The translations under genes were made by a program, and so were the position numbers. Source: Azolla caroliniana (lineage: Eukaryota; Plantae; Polypodiophyta). From it: 64,000 bases of DNA. The notes beneath the pieces were generated by a model. That model worked only from the letters and a program-made list of their open reading frames with translations. It ran no database searches and was not told where the DNA came from. Of this stretch, positions 38,476 through 52,131 are shown piece by piece. The DNA is taken from positions 27,342,001 through 27,406,000 of the forward strand of contig JBHGNT010000002.1 in assembly GCA_043228905.1 (NCBI GenBank). The letters are read 5' to 3'. Position 1 is the stretch's first letter, and the number at the start of each line of letters is the position of its first letter.

Positions 38476-41400
38476 ATGAATACTCAAATGGGGGGCGCTC
38501 TCCCTACCGAGAAGTTGGATCGAAACAACTTCGCATCTTGGGAGTACAAGATGCACCAATACCTTGTTGGACAAGGCTATTGGAGCTACATCAAAGGAGC
38601 GCATGAAGACCGACCCGCCGAAGCGGCTCTCAGATACGCGACATGGGAGCAAGCCACAAGTCGTGTGATGTATTGGTTGGCGACATGTGTTCACGATCAC
38701 ATGCTCGGTTACATTCGCGAAGCCAAGACGCCGAAGGAGGCATGGGAAAATCTACGAAAGATTTTCGCGGCGAACACAACCGCAAGAAGGCTTCAACTTC
38801 GCCAAGAGTTGAACAACATTCAGCAAAGGGACATGTCCATTACGACATTCACCTTGAAGATCAAGGAGCTTTGCGATTCGCTCGACTCAATAAGCGTAAA
38901 TATCGATGATGATGAGATGGTTCAAATATGCCTCGGCGGCCTCGCACCATGGTTCGGCGCGATGCGAACCGCCGTTCTAGCACGAGAGAAATCTCCCTCC
39001 TTCTTTGAGCTCCAATCAATGCTATTGGTCGAAGAAAACCACATGCGTACAAGGAGAAATGAGTCGGAAGGCCACATGCTCTACACGCACTCAAACGGAG
39101 GAAGAGGACGCGGACAATCGAGAGGCTGATTCGGCCAAGGACAAGGTGGACGAGGTCCGACCTACGATAACAACTCCCAACTTCGGCCGCAAAACGGAAG
39201 CCAACGAGGAACCTTCGCAAGAAGGGGGAGCTTCCACTCCGGCCCAAGCCGTCAAAACGCAACCGAATGCGGATATTGCGGAAAGCTCGGCCACCACGAA
39301 GAAGAGTGCCGAAAGAAGATGCGTGAATCGGCTTCCACAAGCCAACAACTCACAAATTATGCGCACAATTCCGACTTCAAAGAGTATAGCGGAATGTACG
39401 GGAACAACTCCGACTACGAAGATCGTGGCGGTATGTTCATGATGAAACATAGAGCAAACTCTATGTCGGCCTCTACCTCAACTAGTGCCCTCAATACGGA
39501 GGACGTATGGTTTGTTGACTCCGGAGCCTCAAACCATATGACATCCCATAAAGAATGGTTTCTCGAACTTCGAGAGCCGGAGCGACCCGGTTATGTCGAA
39601 ACCGGAGATGACACTACGCACCCGATTCGGCACATCGGCAATGTGCCGTTCGGCGAAAGAGGTAAGCAAACATACATTAAAAATGTCTTGCATGTTCCCA
39701 CCATCATGAAGAATTTGGTCTCGGTCGGCCAAATGGTTGAGCAAGGGATGCAAGTACGATTCGACCAAGAAGGGTGCTTCAACGGTAAAAAAGGCCGAAT
39801 CATCGCACACGGAAGAAGACAGGGCCGGATGTTCATTCTCGATTCACACGAGATGAAATCCTCCATGTTCGCGAAAAGCACGAAAGCCGACTCCAACATA
39901 GAGCTATGGTATAAGCGAATCGGCCACATCAATCTCAACAAACTCAAAGCAATGAAATCAAAAGGAGTCGTCATCGGACTCCCAACATTCAAAGAGAAGG
40001 AGATTGAAGGTGTATGCGAAGCGTGCCAATTCGGCAAGCAACACCGACACCCATTCCCGAAAGAGTGGAACGTGAGCAAAGGTCTACTCGACGTAGTCCA
40101 TTCCAACGTATGGGGACCGGCGCAGACGATTACATTCGGCGGATTCCGATATTATGTGCTATTCATCGACGATTTTTCTAGGCACACTTGGATCTATCCG
40201 ATGCGGCAAAAGAGCGAAGTGTTTGGACACTTCCAAAAATTCAAGAATGACATGTACGATGTCTCCGATCGGATGGCGGCAAGCAGTACTTCTTGGACGA
40301 TTTCACGACGTATCTCCAAAAGGAAGGAATTCGGCGAGAATTCACTTGCCGACACACTCCGCAACAAAACGGGGTAGCCAAGCGCAAAAATCGGCACATC
40401 CTCAAAGTAGTGCAGACAATGATGAACGAGAAGCATATGCCCAATTCATATTGGGCCGAAGCTACAAATACGGTCGTCTACCTAATGAACTGGTGCACAA
40501 CATCCGGCGTGCACGAGGTCACTCCGCACTAAAAATACTTCGGAAAGAAGCCGGACTTATCGCACATCCGCATATTCGGTGCGATAGCGTATGTGCACAT
40601 CCCCGACAAGAAGCGTTAGAAGCTTGACCCGAAGTCGGAGAAATGTATCCTTGTAGGATACTCACTGGAGCAAAAGGGGTACAAGTGCTACAACCCTTCA
40701 ACTCGAACATCTCAAGTAAGTCGAGACGTTGTTTTTGACGAGTCCGCATCCTGGTACGCACCAGAGACAACTCCGACTCCGCTCGACCCGGAATTCGCCG
40801 AACAAGAGATACAGGATGAAGATCGCCTTACGCGCATGTTCGAAGAAAGTCCGATCATGACCCGACTGAGCAGACCACAAGAGCCTTTGAGCGATCAAAG
40901 CACATCACGGCCTAGCCCGAAGATGGACAAAGGCAAGGCGAAAATGGCGGAATACGTAGACGATCGCTTCGATGACGATGAGTGGACTCACTCACTCGAC
41001 AGTGAGTTTGGCGGTTTCGAGGTACCAATCGGAACTAAGAAAGCCCTCATCTCTGCAAATGAAAAGCTCTACCGATCCACCCGTGAAAAGAACCCACGTA
41101 AACCGATTCGGCTACAACGATTATATGGCGTACCATTACGCCTTTATGATGAAGGTAGCGACAATACGGGAGCCGAAAACCTTTTCGGAAGCCGCGAAGG
41201 ATCCGCGATGGATCGAAGCAATGAACGAGGAGATGCAGGCACTATGGAAGAACGAGACGTGGGATCTCGTTCCCACCTCACCACACAAAAAGGCGATCGG
41301 ATGTAGATGGATCTACAAGGTGAAGTATAACGTCGATGGTTCCGTCAACCGCTACAAAGCGCGACTCGTAGCGAAAGGCTACGCCCAAATGCACGGAGTT

Positions 41401-41618
41401 GACTACTAAGAGACCTTTGCCCCGGTGGCAAAGATGACGACGGTACGGTGTTGTGTTGTTACGCGCGTGCGTGGAGAAAGGTGGGACCACGGGGGTCTTG
41501 GACTAGGGAGCAACAGAGCGTAGGAAGTCGCACTTCACCGTTTTCTGGGGCACCCCTGAAACGCACCAGAAGCAGCCGAAGAGAGGGAGGGAGTGAGAGA
41601 GCGTGCTTGACACCGACT

Positions 41619-41659
<41 letters not shown>

Positions 41660-43502
41660 CCTCTTGTACAGGAAACGCAGGGAAGGAGGGGAGCACCCGA
41701 CACCAATAAGACGCCAATATACACGGACAGACGCAAACGTATATGTATACAAATATAAGAAGAATACACTCCCGGCTTCGAGCCGGACCAGGATAGTTTA
41801 CAACAGTCGTCTGCTGTCAAGCCGCCGTCGGGGAGCTCTCGGGCTCGTCGCGCTGAGCGGGGTCTTGCATAGGAGATAAGCTACAGCCAACCCTAAATGA
41901 ACACAAAGGGGAAGAAGAAGAAGCAGAAGAAACCTAACCCTAAACCTACCGGTATACCCTCTAATCCAAAATGGGCAACCCTTTTACAAAGGGCGTTCCC
42001 TCCCTTTTATAGAACAAGGAGAGGGATGTGTTACAATGTGGGATAAATCCCGACTTTCATGGGATCGTCTGTCCCGACTTGACTACTCTTCGGCGCCATA
42101 AAGGCGCCCTCGATATTCACACCAAATGTACATGGGTGCGTACACACGCTACACCCCGCCGATGTAGACAATGTTTCCCGGTTTTCGCCTATGGCCGAAA
42201 ATCTTCACGACAACGGACCGTAATTGCGCTTGCCGCAACGAAAGGGTGGCACCTCCATCAAATGGACGTCAAGAACGCCTTTCTACAAGGCGAATTGGAA
42301 GAGGTGTACATGATACAACCACCCGACTTCAACCCGAGCACCCATCTGAAAGCTGTCTGCCGACTCAAGAAGCCACTCTACGGCCTCAAGCAAGCACCGC
42401 GTGCTTGGCATTTGAAGATAACGCAATATCTTCATCAAATCAGCTTCCGTATATCAAAATTGGACAACTCCCTCTACATACGAAGCGATTCCGCAAGTCC
42501 AATCGTCATCATCTTGTATGTGGATGACCTAGTGATTGGAGGTGAGCATCTCGTCGAAATCAATAAGGTCAAATCCTTCCTTTCCGACAAATTCGAGATG
42601 ACGGACATGAAGGAACTCCACTACTTCCTCGGCATCGAGGTAATTCGGACTCCGGCCGGAATCATGATCTCTCAACAGCACTACATCCTCAACTTAATAT
42701 ACAAGTTCGGGATGGCTGAGTGCAAATCCGCAGCAACCCTGCTCGATCGCAACCTCAAACTAGATGCGAACTCCGGCACCAAAGCATGTGACCGACTCAA
42801 TATCGGCAACTCATCAGGAGTCTCATCTACCTCACGATCACACAACCTGATCTCAGTTATCCGGTAGGTCTCCTTAGCCAATTCATGCAAACACCACGTG
42901 ATACTCACTTGGATTGCGCTAAGCGAGTTCTACGTTACGTGAGCGGCACAATGGATTGCGGCATCCTCTACAAGACTGCGATACCAATACGACTCGAGGG
43001 GTACACATACGCCGATTGCGCCAGCTACAAAGCCAATAGAAGATCAACCTCCGAATTTGTTTTCTCCCTCGACAATGGAGCAATATCCTGAAGCAGCATG
43101 AAGCAGCCTACCGTCGCTCTTTTGAGTATGGAGGCGGAATACAAGGGCGCAATCGTAGTTGCGTGTGAAGCCGTATGGCTCAAGAGGATTTTGAAGGATC
43201 TGGGCGTGCCCATCAAGGATCCGACTTCCCTTTACTGCGACAACATGAGCAGTATCTATCTGGCTCGGAACCCGGTGTTCCACGCGCAGACAAAGCACAT
43301 CGAAGTGCACTATCACTTCATTCGAGAGCGCATTCTAGCTGGCGATGTTGACCTACAACACATTAGCACAAATCTTCAAATGGTCGACATCTTCACTAAA
43401 GCGTTAGGAGCCGACAAGAAGTGGCAATTCATGACCGATCTCGAATTGACAATCCCTAACCTGCCAAGCTTGAGGGGGAGTACTGAAGACATTACGCAAT
43501 AA
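38476..43502 (+). pseudogene. gag-pol of copia D (gag, knuckle, PR, IN, RT, RH), disrupted
   Basis: CGYCGKLGHHEEEC, WFVDSGASNHM, CEAC, TPQQNG, YKARLVAKGY, QMDVKNAFL, LYVDD, YCDN, TKHIEVHYHF; stops, frameshifts and a solo LTR insertion. Confidence 0.93.
41449..42212 (-). mobile_element. Solo LTR of the Trp-PBS gypsy family (764 bp)
   Basis: Reverse complement of the 33488-34257 LTR type; TSD ACGG (41445-41448, 42213-42216). Confidence 0.92.
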
Positions 43503-43964
43503 CACGTGGATTTCCCAACTACGCACAACGCAAGCTGGAGCATGGATTTTGCAACTCCACATAAATGCGAGTCGACGCGGACTTTGGAACGCGAGTCGAA
43601 GCGGATTTCGGATACCGTCTGAAACCGACCCGACTTGAGCTTGAGGAGGCGTGTTGAGAATCAAGCTCAACTTGGTCTAGTGTGTGAACTCACCTTGAGA
43701 GTGAATAGACACTCCAACGGTCAAGAGTCACCATTATGTCACCTCTTTGTATTCTAGCATTTAGTATGAGTCATAGAATCATATTCTATGACACATAACT
43801 TATGAGCTTTCACATTCCCCATGCTCCATGAGTCTTGTAGTTAATGAAGAGAGAGGGTGAATATATAAAGCACCCTCCTCCCACCTTGTATTGAGTTGAG
43901 TCTTTCTCCTTTGTTAATATACTTTTACCTTGCGTATTCTCTGTGTCTTATTCCTTGTCTCTCT

Positions 43965-43998
<34 letters not shown>

Positions 43999-46540
43999 CA
44001 CACACATAACTCATATCTCTTTCACATCACAAGAATCCATCTCTTAATTCTTTACAATTCTCAACTCACACGAGATGAACTCGGCCATGTTTGCAAAAGG
44101 CGCCAAAGTCAACACCGACATAGAGTTGTGGCACAAGCGGATTGGCCATATCAACCTCCAAAAGCTCAAGGTAATGCAATCGAAAGGAGTCGTCATCGGA
44201 CTCCCAACCTTCCAAGAGAATGAGATTGAAGACATATGTGCAACCTACCAACTCGACAAGCAACATTGACTACTCGATGTAATCCATTCCGACGTATGGG
44301 GACCTGCTCAAACGACTACATTCGACGGATCCTGATACTACGCGGCCTTTATCGATGATTTCACCAGGCACACCTATATCTACCCCATGTGGCAAAAGAG
44401 CAAAGTGTTCAGACACTTCCAAAAATTCAAGAGTCGAGTTGAAAAGGAAACAGGTCGACACGTACGATGTCTTCGGTCAGATGGGGGAAAAGAGTACTTC
44501 TCCGATGAATTTTCGGCTTTTCTCTGAAAAGAAGGAATTCAGCAAGAGTTTTCGTATCGACATATGCCACAACAGAATAGAGTAACCAAAAGAAAGAATC
44601 GGCACATCCTTGAAGTAGCACGGTGTCGTGAAGATTTTCGTCTATAGGGGGAAAATCGAGCGGACTGAGCAAAACCGGGGTGTGCAACGTTGCACACGCA
44701 CATGATGTATTCGTAAATATTAATAAGAACAAATGTAAATTGTAAGATTCCTAAAATGTAAATGTGATGTGCACTTATGTGCACATCCACATGAGAAAGA
44801 GAGGGGTACATAGGAGTATGAGGTGAGTAAGGGGCATAGTAGTATGTGTGAGGAGTGGGAGTTAAGGCCCATCAATCCCTCCTCCAAGAATCTAAGCAAA
44901 TATCCCCCATTCAATAAAGGGGATATTTAGTCTCTTTTTTGTAACGGCTTTCTCTTCTTATGCTATAAAAGGAGAGGAAGGGGCACCATTGAAGGGGTTG
45001 CCTATTTTTCAGTAAGAAGAGGTATACCACTTAGGTCGAGAGTATCTATTCGGTTTAGGCTTTCCCCATATCTTTCTTTAATTATCCTATTAGGGTTTAC
45101 ATTCTACTTATGTCTTGAGTCCGGCCCACGCGGCCGCTGTTGTAATCACATTGAGGCTTCCATGCCCATAATATACATAGCTTTTGAAATCTTGTCTCTT
45201 TCTACTTCCTCTACCGTGTTAATCTCTTCCCCTTTGCTCATACCCGTCTTCCCATCTACTCCCTAGTCCAAGACCCTCGTGGTCCCGCCTTATTCTACAC
45301 GCATCCACGAGGATTTCCTCGACATCTTTGGTGAACCCGATGTGAATAGGCGGCAAGGGAAAAAGAGGATGGAAGAGGAAGACATCATAGAAGCAATGAC
45401 GAGGATGGTGAGGGATTTTGCAAGGCAAAGAGAAAGACAGGACGAGGCAAACAAGTATGATCAACGTGAGTTCGGTCTATGGGTAGCATCGGTGAAGGCT
45501 CCTTGGAGTGCAATGGAAGCATTCCGAGAGTTCGAGCATCGTTTTGCTCAACTCTCGAACCGGGATCAAAGATCGGTGGGGGCGGACAAGGTCCTACTAT
45601 TTCTAAAGTCGGTCGATGAAAAAAGGGGAGAATGGCCATTTTACCCGAACTCGAAGACAATGAAGGGGCGTACGGCCTCACTGAGGATTGGAACAAGGTA
45701 GAGGGTATGTCGACGACACGAGGAGATGCGGTCGTCCGCAAGCGGCGGCGAAAGGAGGATGGTGAGTGACTACGCGCCACCACCGACGGAGGAAAGCTCA
45801 CCGCGGAATGGTTCGGTGGAGCTCGAATCCGAAGCCTTGGTACGGTGTCAAGGTATTCCTCGCAGATGCGTGGAATGAGGCGGGACCTCGGGGGTCCTGT
45901 ACCGAAGGGCAAGAGAGAAAGGAGAAGAGACCCACTACGTGCGAGAGTAGATTCACAGGGACACGGCCCTTCGACACAAAGACGCGAGTGGGACAACGAC
46001 ACAGAGAGACACAAATGTATGTATGTATTAACAAAGACAAACAACAAAACACGAAGTCGGTTACAACCGAATAGGCCGGTGAACAGATGCCGATACCTGT
46101 TCGTAAACGCACAAAAAGGAAGGAGTAGGTTGGAGGTGCTTCCGGAAGCACTCGGGCATTCCTGAGAGCAACGCGAGGCTCCCGAAACCTGCACAGAAGG
46201 AAGCTATGGCGTTTGCGAACCAGAGAGAGAGAGAAGCCTTCGCCCACGAACCGACAGCACTTCGTCCTCGACTCTCCGCGATCCCTTCGCCCCTCCTCGT
46301 CTCCCTCCTTTTATAGGCAAGGAAGGAGCCGTTTCCCCTTTACTTCCTACCTACCGAATCTGCCTGCCTAGGATATCCTATGTACAACATAAGGCGCACG
46401 TGCATGAAGAGCCGGTTCCTACGCTCCGGTGCACCGATTCCGCTTGTGGACGGTTTTCTTCACGACATCCGCCCCCACCTAACCGCGCATCCACCGACAT
46501 GCGCCAAATTGAGTTGGGACGGAGAAAACCGGTGCAGCCT

Positions 46541-49500
46541 TCATTCCCCGCCCGTCGGTTCTTCTTCGGTTTCGGATCGTTCGTCGTCCCGGTCCAGGTT
46601 ATCCGGATCCGGCTCGTCGTCGTGACGCTTCTTGAACGCTTTGATCCGCTTCCCAGCTACCGGTATCGCCATTCTCGTGCCGTCGAGTTCCGCCAGATGG
46701 TACGTCCCGTTGTCGTTGGCGCTTTGTACCACGTAAGGCCCGAACCACCTTCTTGCGAACTTCCGTGTCGCTCGGTGCTGGTTGTCAAGGCTGCAGTCGT
46801 AGACTAGCACCCAGTCGCCTTCCTCGATCTTCTTCGGTCGGAGCCGGTGCGTCCAGTCGAACCGGGCTTTGTTCCTCGTCCTAGCCACCCGAAGCCTTTC
46901 CGCAGCCTGCTCCACGTCCTCCGGACTTCGCTCGAGCTGTCGTATGCGCGCCGTCAACAGTTCCTCCCGGCTCATCTCGTCTCTCCAGTCCACGGTTGCC
47001 CATGAGGAGATCGTACGTTCCATCGGCATGATCGGCTTCTACCCAAACATCAGCTCTGCCGGCATGAATTTGGTTACCGAACTGTGCGTAGTTCGGTCAG
47101 CCCACAACGCGTAAGGCAGCAGCCGCGGCCAGTTCCCGACTTGCCCCCCGCATGCCCGAACTAACGCCTTGACGATCGGTCCGTGTCCGCGCTCCACCTT
47201 CCCATTCGCCTCCGGATTGTATGCAGTGGTAAGCGAGAGCTTGACTCCTAGCCAGTCGAACAGCTCCTCGGCCTCTTCGGCGTCCAACTCCCCGCGATCA
47301 GCCACGATCTTCCCAACACACCCGTACCGGCATGTCACGTCCTCTATCAGGAACCGACATACGGCCGCGGTCGTTTTGTTCTGAAGGGCTCGGCCTTCCA
47401 CCTGGTTCGTCAGATCTTCCCGAGCCAGGACCAGATACCGCATCTGTCCTACGCCCATCGGCATCGTCACCAGATCTACCATCCATTTGAAGTAGACGGT
47501 CGGAGGGTACGTAGGGTGAAGCTCGTCCCGATGCCGAACTATGGAGTGCATCTGGCAGCTCTCACAAGTTGTCACGAACCGATGCACGTCCCGATACAGT
47601 CCTGGCCACCAGTACTTCCCCTTTATCTTCTCGAACGTGGCCCACGTTCCACGGTGACCAGCCCAAGGGCTGTCGTGGTAAGCCGTCAGCAGCTCCTCCT
47701 GTTCTTCCTTCATCGCCACCACGCGGAGCGGGATGCCGTTCCTCTTCTTCGGGTGCTTCCATAAGTATCCGTCCCGGAGAAAGAATCGGTAAGCTTTCTT
47801 CCGGATCCGGTTGGCCTCGTCCTTCGTCCATGACGCATCCGGCGTCATTGTCCTCAGAAACCCACCGATCTGCAGCCACTCGCCGTCGTACTTGCTCTCG
47901 TCGAAGCCGTTAAGTGCCGGAGTGCTCGCCCCATCGGTCGTTACGTACGCCGCCTCGAAGAAGTCCACGCCGACTTCTTCATCCTCCGAAACCATGCCGC
48001 CCTCGTCATCAAACCTCGCCCTTGAAAGCATGTCGGCCATGGCGTTGTCTTTCCCGGAAATGTGTCGTATTTCCGGGTCCAGGGACTTGATGTACGTTAT
48101 CCACTTGAGCATCGCCAGGTCCGGTGTCGCGCATTCGGAAACCATGCCGAGAATTGGCAGGCAATCCGTCTCGATAATCACTTCCGTCCCGATCAGGTAG
48201 TCTTTGTCGGCCTTTACTGCCGAAACGATACCCCAGAGTTCGCGTTTAACCTGGGCGTACCCTCGTTGTCGTTCACTGAGGACCTTCGCGCCGAATCGAA
48301 TTGGGAACCGAATGCCGTCCCCGTCTTCTTGGTTGACGACCCATCCGATCCCGGTCGGACTCGTATCCACCGTTATGTATACCGGGGTACCCTTCTCATA
48401 GACAGCCTTCCGGAGCGCCGGTGCTGCCGCAAGAGCTTCCTTCAGCTTCCGGACCGACTCCGTGTGCTCGTCTCGCCACTCGAATTTTCGCCCTTTCTTC
48501 AGCAACCCGTATAACGGCTCCGCAACGTGGGCGTAATGCGGGATCCATATGTGGTAGAATGCGCACGCCCCCAGGAACCTCCGAACTTCCGTAACCGAGC
48601 TACAGTCGGTCTTCATCGCGGAGATGGCTTCTACCTTTACCGGAGACGGCTTCCGGCCATACGGTCCACATAGGTGTCCGACCACCAGGATTTCTGATTG
48701 CCCGAAGGCCGATTTCTCCCCGGAGAAGGTGAGCCTCGCATCCTCTAGCCTTTGTAGCACCTTCTCGCAGTCGTCGATGTGTGTTGCCACGAATCGCCGG
48801 CATCCGTCCGGCCCGACTGTCTCGTCCTTCTCTTCCACCGGGCACCCCTTTATCGGGATGTCGTCCAGAAATGGCATGGTGATGTCCGGGATGCAATCCC
48901 TCAGAACCTTGTTCATTGCATTCACCATGTGGGCCACCGAGTTGGTCCCTCCTTGTGGCAGGGTACACACTCGCACTAGGCCGAGGGGAGTTTGCATCGT
49001 CGTAATGTCTCTGCTCTCCACGGCTAGCTGGAACTGGTCATACCCCGAGTACAGATCACCGATCGAGTAAATCAACCTTCCGGCGAAGGCCTCTGCGAAC
49101 TTGTCTATGGTCCGTCCGATCCCTGCGTTCCGAATGGTCACTCTGTTGACTGGCTGCAGGTCTTGAATGAAGCGCAATGTTCCGTTTTTCTTTGGTACAG
49201 TAAACCATCGGTTCGAGTATGGCGCGCTCGACGGTTCGAGAATACCCATATCGACTTTCTGCCTCAATAGCTCCATCAACTCCAGGATGTGAGCTCTTGG
49301 TACAGGAATCGGCTTGAGATTCCACGGCACATGCGGTACCGTGAATATCACCATCGGCTCCACGATTGTCGGGTCTACGCACCCGATCTCTTCCAGCGAA
49401 AATGCGAAGGCTTTCCCGTGCCTTCTGAGCATTCTCTGAAACCGGTCTTCCTCCGCCGGCAGTAGGAAACCGCCCCCACCGATCTTGAGCTCCCGGAGCG

Positions 49501-50014
49501 TCCCGTCGGTGAAGGTGTGTCCTATGCAGGCCGGATCTCGTAAACTGGGGTCCGACGCAACCCCTCTGATTCGGGACTCGCTGCCCTCCGGTAAGGGTGC
49601 CGCGACTGGCCTTACCTTCCGGTCCACAGTCTTGTACTTCGTGCTAACTCTGGCCATCCGATCCGACCCGAGCCCCCGACTGAAGTTCGCGATGACTTCG
49701 TACATCTCTTCGGAACATACCGGTATCGTCCGGTCTTCGCTAAGGTCTTCTCCAGCTACCTTCCTCAGCATTCCCAAGGTGTCGTCGAAGGAGACCGCCT
49801 CCACGGCTCCGCTGATTTCCTCGTCCGGGCCGAGAACTCCGCACGCTCGAAGTCACACTTCCGCCCTTGTCTTTTCTCGGCCGACAATGCTGACTATCAT
49901 ACACCCTCCATTGTTGGAGAAGCAAAATTTCCTACCTATCGTACAGTCGTGGGGTCTTTTCCGAGTGTCCGGGCTATCTCTGCCCCACGCCTTGGCAGCC
50001 CTCTCTAAAAATCC
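46541..50014 (-). pseudogene. RT-RNase H-integrase ORF of G (in-frame stops near 49853 and 47039)
   Basis: LPQG, FLDD, TVDTS, ETDC, H-H-C-C, DRGE, NGKVER, WFGPY; no chromodomain; acidic tail. Confidence 0.93.
49948..50014 (-). promoter_or_regulatory. Putative -1 frameshift signal (G_GAT_TTT plus pseudoknot) in element G
   Basis: Heptamer 50014-50008, TAG, stem GGGCTGCC/GATAGCCC, loop CGTGGGG pairing with CCCCACG; pol is in the -1 frame. Confidence 0.78.
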
Positions 50015-52131
50015 TTCCGGTTCTCGCCACCGAGGGATTCGTGGTTTCTCTCGTGGTTCGGCCGCACCGTCAGAAATTGGACCGAATGGCACCCGTCCTG
50101 GCTTTTGACCCTCGCGTAGGCCAAACCGTTGTCTAGCACCTTGGTCTCCATCCGCGCCGCCGTGATGTATGGTTCCCCTAATATGACCGGGTGCGAGGAC
50201 GTCTCCTGTACGACGAAGTGCTGGTCAATCTCGACGTCGCCGATCTTGACTCGTACGTTCGAGCAGGCCCCATGCAGCTCCTCGGTGGCGCGCGTCGCCG
50301 CCCGTATCTTCCACTCGTGCTTGGTGTTAATCGGCCACTTCCCCTTCTTATAGAAGTCCATGGACATCAGGTTTATTTCCGAACCGTGGTCCACCAATGC
50401 CACCACCGGTTCCTGAACATCTCCGATCTTTACCGAGGTCTCCGTGGTCGCTCGGGCCCAGTGTGGCCTCGAATAGTGGCTCTCCGCCCACTCGTCTTCC
50501 ATCACCATGTCGTCGATGTGCGTCGTCCGCACCTCCACCGGTCTTTCCGGTTCCGTCTCCGTCGACAGCCTCTTCCGTTTCACCAGGTCCACAATGGAGT
50601 CGTGGAACTCCTTCTTGGCGATCCCTAGCACCTCTCGCAATGACAGCTCCACTTTGCTATCGAGGATCCATTCTTCTAGGACCTTTCGTAGGTCCGTAGT
50701 CCTTTCTATTTCCGTCCCCAGTCGGTATCCGCCCTTCCTGGGGTTATCTTGTGGGCCGGACCCACCGGCATCGTTCCGTCATTGCCCGAATCGGGTCTCG
50801 TACCGTTGTGAGGGCCCGGCCGCTCCGGCTTTCCCCACCCGTTTGTCTTCAACCAGAGCCTCGTAGTTCCGGCATGCGGCTTCTACAAAGCCCGTCTTCT
50901 CCTCGACCGGATTGCTCCACCCAGTTATTTCCCGGACCCGTCTCTCAGCGCGGTCCGTTTCATCTTTCCTTAGCCGTGCGCCGGCAAGACCTTCTAGCAT
51001 TGCCGACCAGAATCCGTCTTTGCCCTCCTTTCGGGCCTCGCTGCCCCCGACCCGAATGTCGGCCGACACCGAGTAGTGGATGGCCTCCACGTGTCGGGTT
51101 GCTGCCTCTTCCATCAGTCTCTTCATCCCTCCTCGCCCGTCGTTTCGGTTCAGGGCCCTCCTGGTCTCGCCGGTGTGCACCCGGCCTTCCCACAGGTACA
51201 CCACCCGGTTCCTCAACGATTCTGCGAAATCACCACAGTCCTTCCGGATGTGGCCGACCTCGTCGCACCACATGCACCTGTTCCCTGCTGTCGGCCGTCG
51301 GTCACGAGCCGGTTCGCCACCTTCCCTTCGAGTCTGGGTGATCCGGAGATCCTTTATCGCCCGCGTCAACTCCTCCAGCGCTGCTCCTTCGAACGAGCCA
51401 TTGACCATGCCGGTCGAAGCCGGACCGGTTTCAAGCCATTCTCGGGTTTCTTCCCTTTGCACTTGCGGTGCCGGTTCAAGCCTCCTTGCTGTGACAGAGC
51501 CCGCACCGGCCGCCCCGTTGTCAGCCCATTCTCGCCGTTTGTCGAAATGGCCACAGACTCTCTTAACCGCAGCCCAGTCGGTTGTTAGCCCGTCCTCGGT
51601 TTCCAGCAAGGAACCGACTTGGTCCCGGTTCCGCTCGTCCACCGACTTGACGAACAATAGGACCCGCCTCGTATCCAGAACGGTTCAGTCAAGCGCCGAA
51701 AGGCGCGCAAAGCGTTCTTCGAACTCCCGGAGGAGTGCCGTCGCGTTTCTTCCCTTACCGGGGAACTCCTCCCGTTCCATGAAGTCCCGTTTCGAAAGCC
51801 GGAGCGCGTCGTCCAGCCCGTATTTTTCTAGGGGTCGGCCTTCGAACTCCTCCCAGGTACGGCTCTCCGCCCGCACCTCGAGCACCTCCGCATGGATGCT
51901 CGGCATCGCCACTCGAGGAAACCCGGCAAGACGCCTCTCTTCCGGAATGTCCCGCATCAGCATTTCTGCCCCGTAGGACGCCAAATACTTCGTGGCATCC
52001 TTTCCGCTGAACCGGCCAATCGTACCGACGACCGCCTCAATGGCTCTGTCGAGGGCGCCGGTGCCCTCGTGTGCACTCAATATCCGATCCACGGCCGAAG
52101 CCATGGCCTCTGCAAGATCCGACCCTTTCAT
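50005..52131 (-). pseudogene. gag-protease ORF of G (one frame, two TGA stops likely from CGA)
   Basis: MKGSDLAEAM..., CMWCDEVGHIRKDC, ALVDHGSEINLM, ends KDF*. Confidence 0.9.

Larger units (their letters stand above)
37920..44056 (+). mobile_element. Ty1/copia element D, full length, same family as host E
   Basis: LTRs 37920-38316 and 43652-44056, TSD ATTCT, PBS TGGTATTAGAGC, PPT TTGAGGAGGCG. Confidence 0.95.
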
